DNA from: a virus
Lineage: Duplodnaviria; Caudoviricetes
Strand: one strand, 5' to 3'
DNA: 37,809 nucleotides
IMG/VR virus record: IMGVR_UViG_3300032135_000027
Coordinates: 1 to 37,809 of that record
In this document: one piece after another, positions 25,750-34,356 of the stretch
Layout: the number at the start of each line of letters is the position of its first letter
Position numbering within the stretch: position 1 is the first letter of the stretch
Notes under the pieces: generated by a model
Told to the model about the DNA's origin: nothing
The model's input: only the letters and a program-made list of their open reading frames with translations
Database searches by the model: none
Program-made: the position numbers and the translations under genes

Positions 25750-25919
25750 CCGCCTACCAGTGTTTGTCGTTGCGTGAGCGGTAGGCGCCTACCAAGTAAA
25801 CCCGCTCTGACCTGCCAATGGCGACTGACCTGCAAAATTACATCCACTTCACGTCTTGACAGCCGCCTACCAGTGGGGCACATTTGTACTGCGGTGCTTG
25901 ACAGAAGCCGCCTACCGAG
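25750..25919. promoter_or_regulatory. immunity control region: five CGCCTACC operator-like repeats and two TTGACA boxes
   Basis: CGCCTACC at 25751, 25786, 25864, 25909 and inverted at 25780; TTGACA at 25856 (17 nt to CACATT) and at 25898. Confidence 0.8.
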
Positions 25920-25931
25920 AGAGGATCAGCC

Positions 25932-26237
25932 ATGTACAGCATCACCCGCCGCAGGTACCCAAAGGGGACGTGGATGCGACTCGTCAGCGCAGAACGGCTC
26001 CGGTCCTTCATCGGACCCGAGCCAAGCAAGAAGATGAGCGGCCGGAACCTGGCCATACGAATCGGCAAAAGCCCCGGCTTCATCACCCACCTCACGTCAG
26101 GTCGCAGGAGCTCGTGCCTTCCGGAGACGGCTCGTCGCATCGCGGAGGCCCTTGAGGTCCCGATGGACGTCCTCTTCGTGACTCACGTGCCAAGCGCTAC
26201 GGCTACTCCTGTCAAGCGGAAGAAGGTGGCGGCATGA
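25932..26237 (+). CDS. Cro-like XRE HTH protein
   Basis: RBS GAGGA; 'MSGRNLAIRIGKSPGFITHLTSGRRSSC..ETARRIAEALEVP...LF'. Confidence 0.85.
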   Translation: MYSITRRRYPKGTWMRLVSAERLRSFIGPEPSKKMSGRNLAIRIGKSPGFITHLTSGRRSSCLPETARRIAEALEVPMDVLFVTHVPSATATPVKRKKVAA

Positions 26238-26341
26238 TCCCCGAACTCGCGACGCAGTGGGTCCAGGAATGGATGGACGCCCGCGAGCCGCGCTACACGG
26301 CGTGGCAGAACGTCCTGGCGATTGTCGGGCTGGCGCGATGA
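26234..26341 (+). CDS. hypothetical peptide (35 aa)
   Basis: MIPELATQWVQEWMDAREPRYTAWQNVLAIVGLAR*; ATGA overlaps at both ends. Confidence 0.55.
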   Translation: MIPELATQWVQEWMDAREPRYTAWQNVLAIVGLAR

Positions 26342-26700
26342 CCACCGTCAGGATTGTCACGTCCCGCCTCGTGTCCCAAGGCGAACTGTTCGACACCCTC
26401 GATGCCGTCGCCGCCGATTGGCGCCCGTCACGGGTCGAGGCTCGTCTCGCGATCCGCGACGCAATCCACCGGGCAGCAGCGGCACATGGCGGGCTCGTCC
26501 ACATCGCGCAGGTTCGCATCTACCTGCCGGAGTGGATCGACGGGCACCAGATCGGGGCGCTCATCTCGGCGCTGACCCGCAAAGGCAATCTGACGCCGAC
26601 TGGGAGGTTCCGTCCCAATGGCGGGCCGTCCGGAAACGCCAGCAAACCCGCAGAGGTTCGCCGGCTGCGGCGACTCATCACCGTCGAGGACGTCGCATGA
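26338..26700 (+). CDS. hypothetical protein (possible winged helix)
   Basis: ATGA-coupled; 'VHIAQVR..LP......IGALISAL...G'. Confidence 0.6.
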   Translation: MTTVRIVTSRLVSQGELFDTLDAVAADWRPSRVEARLAIRDAIHRAAAAHGGLVHIAQVRIYLPEWIDGHQIGALISALTRKGNLTPTGRFRPNGGPSGNASKPAEVRRLRRLITVEDVA

Positions 26701-26930
26701 GCCTCACGCCGGCGCAGGTCGCCACCGACCTCCAGGTCTCGGTGCCGACCGTCCTCGCGAAGTTCCGCGACGGGACCCTCCCGGGATTCCGCATCGGCCG
26801 CTCCTGGCGCATCGATGCGTGGGAACTCGAGGCATGGAAAGCCGGTCCCGCGCGACCAGCCGACCCGAACCGCATCGAGCCCCGCTCGCCGCGCTCTACC
26901 GCAGCCCAGGCCCGCCGCAAAGCCTCGTAA
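26697..26930 (+). CDS. xis: excisionase-like HTH_17 protein
   Basis: 'LTPAQVATDLQVSVPTV....RDGTLPGFRIGRSWRI....LEAW'. Confidence 0.75.
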   Translation: MSLTPAQVATDLQVSVPTVLAKFRDGTLPGFRIGRSWRIDAWELEAWKAGPARPADPNRIEPRSPRSTAAQARRKAS

Positions 26931-27006
26931 CCCACCGCAAAAGCAGGCGCCGGATCTCCCAACCACGAGTCACCGGGACTTCACCTACAAGAAGAGAGTC
27001 CCACAC

Positions 27007-27327
27007 ATGTCAGCAACGACGCTCGACCAGCAGGCCACCACCGCACGCCGCGACTACGAGATCAGCGTGGCCCTCCTCAAGGCCTCGGACCTGTACTTCG
27101 CGGGGCTCATCCCCGAGGCGATGCACGGAGCAGTAACCCCCGTCGAGATCAGCGTGCACGTCGCAACCCGCGAGGCCGTCGAGGAGTTCGCTCGGCAGAA
27201 CGGGGTCGTTGCCCGCTCGCACCACAACGCCGACCACGGCGACACGCACACCACGGCCGACCTCAACATCGACCCGAACGGCGCCGTCCGCATCCACATC
27301 GTGCACATCGCCAAGGCCGCGTCGTGA
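27007..27327 (+). CDS. hypothetical protein
   Basis: ATG 27007; phage-like codon usage; GTGA-coupled to the next gene. Confidence 0.6.
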   Translation: MSATTLDQQATTARRDYEISVALLKASDLYFAGLIPEAMHGAVTPVEISVHVATREAVEEFARQNGVVARSHHNADHGDTHTTADLNIDPNGAVRIHIVHIAKAAS

Positions 27328-27512
27328 TCGCCATCGACGCCGCAACCGCCCTCGCCAAGATCGCCGAGTTCGAGGCCCTCGTCGGCATCCACGCCGACTT
27401 CCGCTCCCCCGGCAACAACGTCGGAGCCGTCATGGAGTGGGTCATCGTCGTCAACCGGTCGCGGGTCAGCCACGAGCGACCAACCGAGCTCGACGAGGTG
27501 GCGGCGGCATGA
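27324..27512 (+). CDS. hypothetical protein
   Basis: Coupled overlaps at both ends. Confidence 0.55.
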   Translation: MIAIDAATALAKIAEFEALVGIHADFRSPGNNVGAVMEWVIVVNRSRVSHERPTELDEVAAA

Positions 27513-27835
27513 ACCGCGACGGCGTGTGGGACGTGGGCGACATGACCGCCGACGAGCAGCGCGTGATCCGGGCCATCGAGGTCGAGGAGCAGCGCCGCGA
27601 CGACGCCCGCGAGATCGCCCGTCTGGACGCCTACGCGATCGAACTGCCGACCGTCTCCCCCACCGAGCAGATCGAGAACGTGCTCATCGGCTGGCTCGTC
27701 GGGGCCGCGATCATCCTGACCGCCCTCGCCATCGTCCTGATCCTGGTCCACGCACTCGGTGCGTTCATCGGACTCATCATCTCCAGCTGCCTCGCCGTGG
27801 CCGGATACGCACTCACCGAACCGAGAAGGAACTAG
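27509..27835 (+). CDS. membrane protein (two C-terminal TM helices)
   Basis: ATGA overlap; 'VLIGWLVGAAIILTALAIVLILVHALGAFIGLIISSCLAVAGYAL'. Confidence 0.65.
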   Translation: MNRDGVWDVGDMTADEQRVIRAIEVEEQRRDDAREIARLDAYAIELPTVSPTEQIENVLIGWLVGAAIILTALAIVLILVHALGAFIGLIISSCLAVAGYALTEPRRN

Positions 27836-27838
27836 GAC

Positions 27839-28072
27839 ATGAGCACCTATCGCTTGTACTTCACGCAGGTCATATCGACCTCGATTGAGATTGAGGCCGA
27901 CGACCTCGAGTCAGCGATCGAGGCTGCCTACGACAGCGACAAGATGCCGCCCGGGATCTGTGCTCAGTGCACAGGCTGGGGGCAGCCGTGGAACCAGGAC
28001 GTCTCTGGCGAGTGGGAATACGACGAGGGCGGCTACGAGATCGACGGCGTGCCTGTCGAGGCCGCGAAGTGA
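27839..28072 (+). CDS. hypothetical acidic protein
   Basis: RBS AAGGA; 'YRLYFTQVISTSIEIEADD...AIEAAY...ICAQC.GW'. Confidence 0.65.
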   Translation: MSTYRLYFTQVISTSIEIEADDLESAIEAAYDSDKMPPGICAQCTGWGQPWNQDVSGEWEYDEGGYEIDGVPVEAAK

Positions 28073-28314
28073 GCCCCGCACTGACGTACCGCCTCGCGCT
28101 CGCACAGGAGCGCGCCGAGTTCGCCGACGACGAAGCAGCACCCGGCGCACCCGTGAAGTGGTCCGCGTGCGTCTGTGACGACGACTGCCACGGGTTCCCC
28201 GACCGATCTGGCTGGATGGCGTCGCAGGCATCCGCCTACGCCGACGTCCGCAGCGTCGAGAACACCGGACATGACGCGCACTTGGTCATCCGCGAGACGC
28301 GAGTCGTGCGATGA
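28069..28314 (+). CDS. hypothetical protein
   Basis: GTGA/ATGA-coupled. Confidence 0.55.
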   Translation: MSPALTYRLALAQERAEFADDEAAPGAPVKWSACVCDDDCHGFPDRSGWMASQASAYADVRSVENTGHDAHLVIRETRVVR

Positions 28315-28688
28315 GCGCCGACCTGCTCCCGATCGGACTGTTCACAATGTGGCTCGCGCAGGGTGAGCGCGGCATATCGTCCAACGCGATCGTCGCCCGG
28401 CTCACGGGAGTCAACCTGGACCGCTGGGGTCGCGGGACGGATATCCCCTATGACCCGTCCGACTTCCGCCGCTGCGAGATGTTGCTGCGAGAGATCCCAC
28501 TCGCACGCCTCGCGTTCCCCTTGATGCACGACGTGTCGCCGCGCTGGGCTCGCCTCGTGGATGCCTGGGACGAACTCGTGGCGCTCGGTGAGTCTGAGGT
28601 GCCAGGGATGTTCACGGGCAGGTACGGATCAGCGCCACTCATGTACGCGCGGATGACCGAACTGCGCGAGAGGCCGGTCGTCGCATGA
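28311..28688 (+). CDS. conserved phage hypothetical protein
   Basis: 'WLAQGERGISSNAI...PYDPSDFRRC..LL..IP...W..LV..WDEL'. Confidence 0.7.
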   Translation: MSADLLPIGLFTMWLAQGERGISSNAIVARLTGVNLDRWGRGTDIPYDPSDFRRCEMLLREIPLARLAFPLMHDVSPRWARLVDAWDELVALGESEVPGMFTGRYGSAPLMYARMTELRERPVVA

Positions 28689-28891
28689 CCCGCCCCGACT
28701 ACGGACCCAACTTCGACCCCGACGAGACCCGCGAGGGCGACGACGAACGGGCCGAAGCACTGGCGCTCCGACGCGAGGACGCAGAGGACGCGCGAGAGAT
28801 GGCCGAGACCGGGACGAGCCCAGAGCACTACGCCGAGGCAGAGGCCGAGGCATACACCGAACGCGACTTCGAAATGGACGTGAACCTGTGA
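28685..28891 (+). CDS. hypothetical acidic protein
   Basis: Coupled overlaps; very Asp/Glu-rich. Confidence 0.55.
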   Translation: MTRPDYGPNFDPDETREGDDERAEALALRREDAEDAREMAETGTSPEHYAEAEAEAYTERDFEMDVNL

Positions 28892-29691
28892 GCCTCAAAC
28901 CGAAGCCACCAGCAACCGGGCTCGTCTTCTACCCCGGCTCCCACCGCTACAAGCTCGACGGCGAATGGGTGCCCGGCGTAACCACCATCATCGGCGTCCT
29001 CGACAAGTCCGGGCCGCTATCGAAATGGGCCGCGGCCACCGTTGCCGAGTTCGTCGCCGACAACCCCGACGCCGTCGCTGCGCTGCAAACGATGGGCCGC
29101 GAGTCGATGGTCAACGCACTCAAGGCGACACCGTGGCAGAAACGGGACGACTCCGCGGCGCGCGGGACAACGTTCCACGACCTCGCCGAGCGCATCGCCA
29201 GAGGTGAGTCCGTCGAAGTCCCCCCCGAGCAGGAGGGCATGGTCGAGGCCGCTCTCGCCTTCATGGAGGACTGGGCCATCGAGCCGGTGCTCATCGAGGA
29301 GACCGTCGCATCCCGCGAGCACAAGTACGCCGGGAAGCTCGATCTCGTTGCCGACAGCAACCGGGGGCCGCGGGCGATCTTCGACTGGAAGTCGGGCAAG
29401 CGGATCTACCCGAGTGCCGCGTTCCAGACCAACGCCTACGCGCACGCCGAGTTCTACGGCGAGGGCGGCGACGAGCACCCGGTTGCCGCCCTTGGCATCG
29501 AGGCCGCGTGGGGCGTGCACATCCGTGACGACGGCTACGACGTGTACCCCCTCAAGTTCGGTGGAGACATCTACGCCGAATTCCTCACCGTTCGCTCCGC
29601 CTTCGACATCCACAAGCGCGCCGAAGGCAACTGGAAGATCCCCGGCAGCGGCTACGTCGGCGCCGCCTACATCGCACAGGAAGTGGCCTGA
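28888..29691 (+). CDS. PD-(D/E)xK exonuclease (RecE/Cas4-like recombination nuclease)
   Basis: 'HRY...VPGVTTI', 'RGTTFH', 'YAGKLDL', 'DWKSG', 'Q..AY'. Confidence 0.85.
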   Translation: MSLKPKPPATGLVFYPGSHRYKLDGEWVPGVTTIIGVLDKSGPLSKWAAATVAEFVADNPDAVAALQTMGRESMVNALKATPWQKRDDSAARGTTFHDLAERIARGESVEVPPEQEGMVEAALAFMEDWAIEPVLIEETVASREHKYAGKLDLVADSNRGPRAIFDWKSGKRIYPSAAFQTNAYAHAEFYGEGGDEHPVAALGIEAAWGVHIRDDGYDVYPLKFGGDIYAEFLTVRSAFDIHKRAEGNWKIPGSGYVGAAYIAQEVA

Positions 29692-30434
29692 TGGACGCCA
29701 AGCAAGCGAAGGCACTGCGGGAACCGTTCCCCGCCGCCACGATCGGCAAACTGCCGAAGCCCTACAAGTCCGACTCAGCCAAGGGCACCTGCCGCGAGTG
29801 CGGCGGCTACCACGGGCTGCCCGCCGTGCACCTCGACTACGTGGGCCACGCGGCAGCGACCGACCGACTGCTCCAGGTCGACCCCGACTGGAACTGGGAG
29901 CCGTTCGCCCTCGACGCGGCAGGGCTGCCGCTGATGAGTGGGCAGAACCTGTGGATCAGGCTCACTGTCGCCGGGGTCACCCGCATCGGTGTGGGTGACG
30001 GTAAGAGCCTCAAGGAGTGCATCGGCGACGCGATACGCAATGCGGCCATGAGGTTCGGGGTGGCCCTCGACTTGTGGGCCAAGGAGGACCTGCAGGCGGC
30101 CGACGTGGAGCGTGGTGTCGATCCGGCGTCCCCCTCACGGGCCGAGCCAGTCGAGGCTCCCGCAGTCACCCGCACCATGAGCCGACCACGACTAACCGAG
30201 GTTTCCTCCGGTACCACTGAGGCCCGGATCGATGCGGAGCCAACAAACATCCGCACGGAGGCCCAGTCTCGCCGCCTGTTCGCGCTGCTCAACGAGAACT
30301 CCCTGACCGACCGTGAGGCTGTCCTCGCGTGGCTGTCCACCCTTCTCGGTCGCGAGGTCGAGTCGACGAAGACCCTCACGAAGCACGAGGCGTCGCAGGC
30401 GATGGACGCGCTCGACCCGACCGGCGGTGTCTGA
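29691..30434 (+). CDS. Rad52/Sak-like ssDNA annealing protein
   Basis: 'LREPFP...IGKLP', 'LDYVGHA..TDRLL.VDP.W.W', 'KECIGDAIRNAAMRFGVALDLW'; adjacent to the exonuclease. Confidence 0.8.
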   Translation: MDAKQAKALREPFPAATIGKLPKPYKSDSAKGTCRECGGYHGLPAVHLDYVGHAAATDRLLQVDPDWNWEPFALDAAGLPLMSGQNLWIRLTVAGVTRIGVGDGKSLKECIGDAIRNAAMRFGVALDLWAKEDLQAADVERGVDPASPSRAEPVEAPAVTRTMSRPRLTEVSSGTTEARIDAEPTNIRTEAQSRRLFALLNENSLTDREAVLAWLSTLLGREVESTKTLTKHEASQAMDALDPTGGV

Positions 30435-30601
30435 TGCCGACCCGACCAGAGTTCGTCATCACGACCGACGCCCGCCGCGTGCAGACCATCACGTGCCGGG
30501 TGTGCACCCGCAGCGAGTCGTCCACGTTCAGCGTCGTCCTGGACCAGTGGCGCCGCACGCACGACTGCGACGCACCCGCATGGACGGCGGACTGGCGATG
30601 A
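30434..30601 (+). CDS. small Zn-finger-like hypothetical protein
   Basis: TGATG-coupled; 'CRVC...W...HDC'. Confidence 0.55.
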   Translation: MPTRPEFVITTDARRVQTITCRVCTRSESSTFSVVLDQWRRTHDCDAPAWTADWR

Positions 30602-31107
30602 GAGCCATAACCGTTCGTCAGCCCCATGCCTGGGCAATCATCCACGGCGGCAAGGACGTCGAGAACCGGTCACGGAACATCGCCGGTTCCTACCGCGGCC
30701 CGGTCGCGATCCATGCCGGGGTGCACCAGTTCGAGCGGGACAACATGTCCAGCCGCGCACTCAAGGCGGCGCACGGGTCCGAGATTCCGAGCGCTCTCAT
30801 GTTCGGCGCGATCATCGGCGTCGTCGACCTCGTGGACGTGCACAACGCGAACGAGTGCTTCGAACGCGATATGCGTCGCCTAGTCGCCCTGTACGGCCAG
30901 GACCTGACGGCGTACTACGCCCACCCCGACAACGGCGCCGGTGGGCTGATCGGCCGCGTCCGATACTGCTCCCCCTGGGCGCAGCATGACGAGCGCTACC
31001 ACCTCGTGCTGCGCAACCCGCGCCCGCTCGCCGTCCCGATCCCCGCCAAGGGGCGCCTCGGGCTGTGGACACTCACGGACGCGCTCGCCGAGCAGGTGTC
31101 CCGATGA
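30598..31107 (+). CDS. ASCH domain protein
   Basis: 'AITVRQPHAWAIIHGGKDVENRS...YRGPVAIHAG', 'GAIIGVVDLVD', 'KGRLGLW'. Confidence 0.88.
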   Translation: MRAITVRQPHAWAIIHGGKDVENRSRNIAGSYRGPVAIHAGVHQFERDNMSSRALKAAHGSEIPSALMFGAIIGVVDLVDVHNANECFERDMRRLVALYGQDLTAYYAHPDNGAGGLIGRVRYCSPWAQHDERYHLVLRNPRPLAVPIPAKGRLGLWTLTDALAEQVSR

Positions 31108-31811
31108 TCCCCCTCATCAACGTCGACGACGGTGTGCAGAACAGCCCCGAGGAGCGGTGCGTCGTGAAGCCGCGGCTCTTGGACTTGTTTTGCTGTGCAG
31201 GTGGCGCCGGCATGGGATACCACCGTGCCGGGTTTGAGGTCGTTGGCGTCGATATCGACCCTCAGCCGAACTATCCCTTCGAGTTCCACCAGGGCGACGC
31301 GATCGAGTACGTACTGCGCCACTGGCGCGAGTTCGACGTGATTCACGCAAGCCCTCCGTGCCAGGACCACTCAGTGACTCGCCACCGCACAGGCAAGGAC
31401 AACGGGTCCGCATGGCTGCTCGACGGTACGCGGACGGCACTCAATGGCACGGGGCTCCCCTGGGTCATCGAGAACGTTCCGGGCGCTTCGATGCGAGCTG
31501 ACTTCAAGCTCTGCGGGTGCATGTTCGACCTTCCCGGCCTTCGGCGAGAGCGTTGGTTCGAGACGTCCTGGGGGGGATACGAGATGCGCCCGCCGTGCTA
31601 CCACACGGGCAAGACGATCACTGTGGCAGGGCACCCCGGCGGCACTAGTGCGCGAGATGGAAAGGCCGGCTCCGGCTCGACCGCGGACTGGCGTCGCGCT
31701 ATGGGCATCGACTGGACCACCGCGCGCGAACTCGCTCAAGCCATCCCGCCGGCCTACACCGAGCACATCGGCGCCCAGCTACTCGAGCACATGACGAAGC
31801 AGGTGGCCTGA
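31104..31811 (+). CDS. C5-cytosine DNA methyltransferase (orphan)
   Basis: Motif I 'LDLFCCAGG', IV 'ASPPCQ', VI 'IENV', VIII 'RRERWF', X 'QAIPP'. Alternative start GTG 31164 with RBS GAGGAG. Confidence 0.88.
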   Translation: MIPLINVDDGVQNSPEERCVVKPRLLDLFCCAGGAGMGYHRAGFEVVGVDIDPQPNYPFEFHQGDAIEYVLRHWREFDVIHASPPCQDHSVTRHRTGKDNGSAWLLDGTRTALNGTGLPWVIENVPGASMRADFKLCGCMFDLPGLRRERWFETSWGGYEMRPPCYHTGKTITVAGHPGGTSARDGKAGSGSTADWRRAMGIDWTTARELAQAIPPAYTEHIGAQLLEHMTKQVA

Positions 31812-32143
31812 TGAGCGCCACCCGCAAGCACAAGTGCGTCCGGTGCGGGATCGCCGTCCACCTGCTCGGGGCAGAGTGCCAGCACTGCAGCCACCCGGCG
31901 CGCACGTTCGACGCCCCGGACCTCCCCGGTGCCATCTGCGCCCAGACCGACCCCGAAGCGTTCTTCCCTGAGCGGGGTCGGTCATCGGCACAGGCGAAGG
32001 CCGTTTGCGCGAAGTGCGATGTGATCGCCGAGTGCCTCAAGTACGCGCTCGAGCACGACGAGCGGTTCGGCATCTGGGGCGGCTTGTCCGAGCATGAGCG
32101 CCGCCGGATTCGCGCCGCCGAACGCACACGGGCAGCCGCATGA
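31811..32143 (+). CDS. whiB: WhiB family transcription factor (WhiB2-like)
   Basis: 'CAQTDPEAFFPE.G.S...AK.VC..C.V..ECL.YAL..DERFGIWGGLSE.ERR'. Confidence 0.93.
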   Translation: MSATRKHKCVRCGIAVHLLGAECQHCSHPARTFDAPDLPGAICAQTDPEAFFPERGRSSAQAKAVCAKCDVIAECLKYALEHDERFGIWGGLSEHERRRIRAAERTRAAA

Positions 32144-32460
32144 GCGCCCGCACCCAGCGGCTCGCGGAGATGCTCGCCGCCCGCGCCCGACTCGACGAGC
32201 AGATCCAGCGACTCGGCGGGGCGACTCCGGCACCTGGCGCTGCTGTTGTTCGGCCGACCGTGCCGTCGTTTCGCGTCGCGGAGGCAAGGGAGTTCGCGAT
32301 CTGTCTGATCTGGACCGGGTCGACCCACGCCGAGGTTGCTGACGCGCTCGGGCTTCCAGTCCGCACGGTCGACCAGTTGGTGTCGGCGCCCGTGAGTAGC
32401 GCTACGGCGCGAACGGGAAGGTTCCGGCACAACCCACGCACAAGGAAGGAGGCAGCATGA
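32140..32460 (+). CDS. hypothetical HTH protein
   Basis: 'TGSTHAEVADALGLPVRTV'. Confidence 0.6.
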   Translation: MSARTQRLAEMLAARARLDEQIQRLGGATPAPGAAVVRPTVPSFRVAEAREFAICLIWTGSTHAEVADALGLPVRTVDQLVSAPVSSATARTGRFRHNPRTRKEAA

Positions 32461-32828
32461 CCCGCACCAGGGCAAGCGCCAAGGCCGCAGGGGCGCGCTT
32501 CGAGCGCACCACCGCGGACTACCTCGCCGAGCACGTCGACGACCGGATCGACCGGCGCGTCAAGACCGGCGCCAAGGACAGAGGCGACATCGGCGGGGTT
32601 CGCCACATGGGCGGGCGCGTCGTTATCGAGTGCAAGAACGCCGCCCGGCTCGAGCTCGGATCGTGGCTCGGCGAGGCCGAGGTCGAGCGCGGGAACGATG
32701 ACGCACTCGCCGGCGTGGTCGTGCACAAGCGGCACGGGAACGCCGACCCGGGCGCGCAGATCGTGTCCATGACCCTGCGCGACCTCGTGGCGATCCTCAC
32801 TGGGACCCGACCAGGGGGTGCCGCGTGA
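32457..32828 (+). CDS. Holliday junction resolvase (PD-(D/E)xK type)
   Basis: RBS AAGGAGG; 'K.AGARFER..ADYL', 'DRGDI.GV', 'VIECKN'. Confidence 0.82.
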   Translation: MTRTRASAKAAGARFERTTADYLAEHVDDRIDRRVKTGAKDRGDIGGVRHMGGRVVIECKNAARLELGSWLGEAEVERGNDDALAGVVVHKRHGNADPGAQIVSMTLRDLVAILTGTRPGGAA

Positions 32829-33358
32829 CGTGGCTCAAGAAGGACGACCGATTCCCCGAGCACCGCAAGATCCGGCGCCTCACCGATGCCGCATACAGGT
32901 TGCACGACACGGCCCTGTGCTACTCAGCGAAGGACGAGTCTGACGGGTTCCTCGACGAATCCGACATCGACGAGATGCAGCACGGAAAGCGGCTCCGCAA
33001 GAACATCGCCGCACTCATCGAAGCCGGCCTGTGGGAGGTCGTCGATGGCGGGTGGCTGCTGCATGACTTTCTCGACTACAACCCCTCCCACGGACGGCAG
33101 GAAGCCAAGCGCGCCGCAGCCCGGGAACGGCAGGAAAAGTTCCGTCTCAAGCGTGTAGCAGAAGACACCGGTAACGCCGTTACTAACGCGTTAGTCACAC
33201 GTGAGTCACACGCCCCCGTCCCGTCCCGTCCCGACCCGTCCCGTCCCGTCCCGAATGTTGGGGTACTTCGCGTTGTTGGGGATCTCACCTCAAACCCAGA
33301 CCGTCACCTAAGTGATGGGGCGTCTCGCGCATCGTCTGGGCTTGGAGGCAACTCCTGA
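32825..33358 (+). CDS. replication initiator-like protein
   Basis: 'WLKKDD.F..H.KI', 'L..AGLW', 'HDFLDYNPS', 'RERQ..FR', then a repeat-encoded linker typical of actinophage O-like initiators. Confidence 0.72.
   Translation: MTWLKKDDRFPEHRKIRRLTDAAYRLHDTALCYSAKDESDGFLDESDIDEMQHGKRLRKNIAALIEAGLWEVVDGGWLLHDFLDYNPSHGRQEAKRAAARERQEKFRLKRVAEDTGNAVTNALVTRESHAPVPSRPDPSRPVPNVGVLRVVGDLTSNPDRHLSDGASRASSGLGGNS
33171..33254. repeat. putative replication origin: chained palindromes plus (CCCGW)8
   Basis: GTAACGCCGTTAC, CTAACGCGTTAG, GTCACACGTGAG, GTCACAC (33171-33211), then eight CCCGT/CCCGA copies (33215-33254). Confidence 0.65.
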
Positions 33359-33798
33359 TGCTCTCCCGAACCGAGACCGAACGCCTCGCCGGCATGGCGA
33401 ACGCACTACGCCCGGACTGGACCGTTCGGTCGCTCGTCACCCTGATCCTCACGAACCTCGACCACCGCGCCTACCAGGACATCGCCCTCGCCCTGGCATG
33501 GATCGCAACCGACCCGACCACGGCCACACCCGGGCGGCTCCTCGAAGCTGGCCCGTGGTGGCTGACCGCAAAACCCGGCACGTCTACCCCCGACGCGATG
33601 CCCGGCCGGGTCCGCTGCTCGAAGGATGGGCACGAGTTCGAGCGGGCCAGCAACTGCCGGATCTGCATCTCGGACGCCCTCGAAGCGACCGACACAGACC
33701 GAGCCCTGACCAGCCAAGGCGTCCCGGCCGATCGAGTCAGGGCGATCCTCGCGGCTGTACCAACACCTGACTGGCACGACGGGGGCGACGAGGCATGA
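33358..33798 (+). CDS. replication-associated hypothetical protein
   Basis: TGATG-coupled; 'ALRPDW...A.DP.T.TPGRL...GPWW', 'C...H....C..C'. Confidence 0.6.
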   Translation: MLSRTETERLAGMANALRPDWTVRSLVTLILTNLDHRAYQDIALALAWIATDPTTATPGRLLEAGPWWLTAKPGTSTPDAMPGRVRCSKDGHEFERASNCRICISDALEATDTDRALTSQGVPADRVRAILAAVPTPDWHDGGDEA

Positions 33799-34004
33799 CC
33801 GCCCACGACCACAGAACCGTCCCTTCTGCGGACCCGTGCCCCCTTCCCGGCACACCGAGCCCCGGGGACGTTCTACGGGCGCTCCTGACGGCTTTACCGC
33901 ACACCGACCCCGAGGGGTTCATTTCCGCATTGGCACACGCATACGACACCTCTGCAACGACCGAAGGAGAGCACCAATGGCTGACTACGCCACCCGTACC
34001 GTGA
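33795..34004 (+). CDS. hypothetical protein
   Basis: ATGA-coupled; overlaps the next gene by 28 nt. Confidence 0.4.
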   Translation: MTAHDHRTVPSADPCPLPGTPSPGDVLRALLTALPHTDPEGFISALAHAYDTSATTEGEHQWLTTPPVP

Positions 34005-34180
34005 CGACCGTGCGCGAGGAGGTCACGCTGAAAAGTCCGACCAACTGGACCGAGATCGCCAAGGCCCTGGCCTACGTCCGCAACCAGCGGCCCGACGGTG
34101 GTCAGGAGTACGACGACACCGTGATGGTCACCGCAACCGACGGCGAGATCGTGTTCTCGTGGATTCCGGAGAGGCCATGA
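33977..34180 (+). CDS. hypothetical protein
   Basis: RBS GAAGGAG before ATG 33977. Confidence 0.65.
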   Translation: MADYATRTVTTVREEVTLKSPTNWTEIAKALAYVRNQRPDGGQEYDDTVMVTATDGEIVFSWIPERP

Positions 34181-34356
34181 CCATCGACCCGCGCGCAGGC
34201 AAGTTGTGCTGCGACTGCAACCTGCCCAAGCCCGTGACCGTGTCCCCGCACTGCAAGAGCCCGACGTGCGACTGGTGGCTTTGCACGCGCTGCCAGTCGC
34301 TCAACGACCCCGCCGGTCACGTCATCCTCCCGCACAGTCGCCGGCCGAGGCCATGA
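34177..34356 (+). CDS. small Cys-rich protein
   Basis: ATGA-coupled; CCDC, C....C and CTRC motifs. Confidence 0.55.
   Translation: MTIDPRAGKLCCDCNLPKPVTVSPHCKSPTCDWWLCTRCQSLNDPAGHVILPHSRRPRP

Noticed and set aside
28888-29691. Cas4-like nuclease suggesting CRISPR-Cas
   Set aside because: No repeat-spacer array or other cas genes are visible; its position beside an annealase indicates a recombination exonuclease.
33215-33254. Short tandem repeats as a CRISPR array or contingency locus
   Set aside because: No spacers; the location in the initiator linker fits an origin-associated repeat. Phase variation cannot be shown from one sequence.
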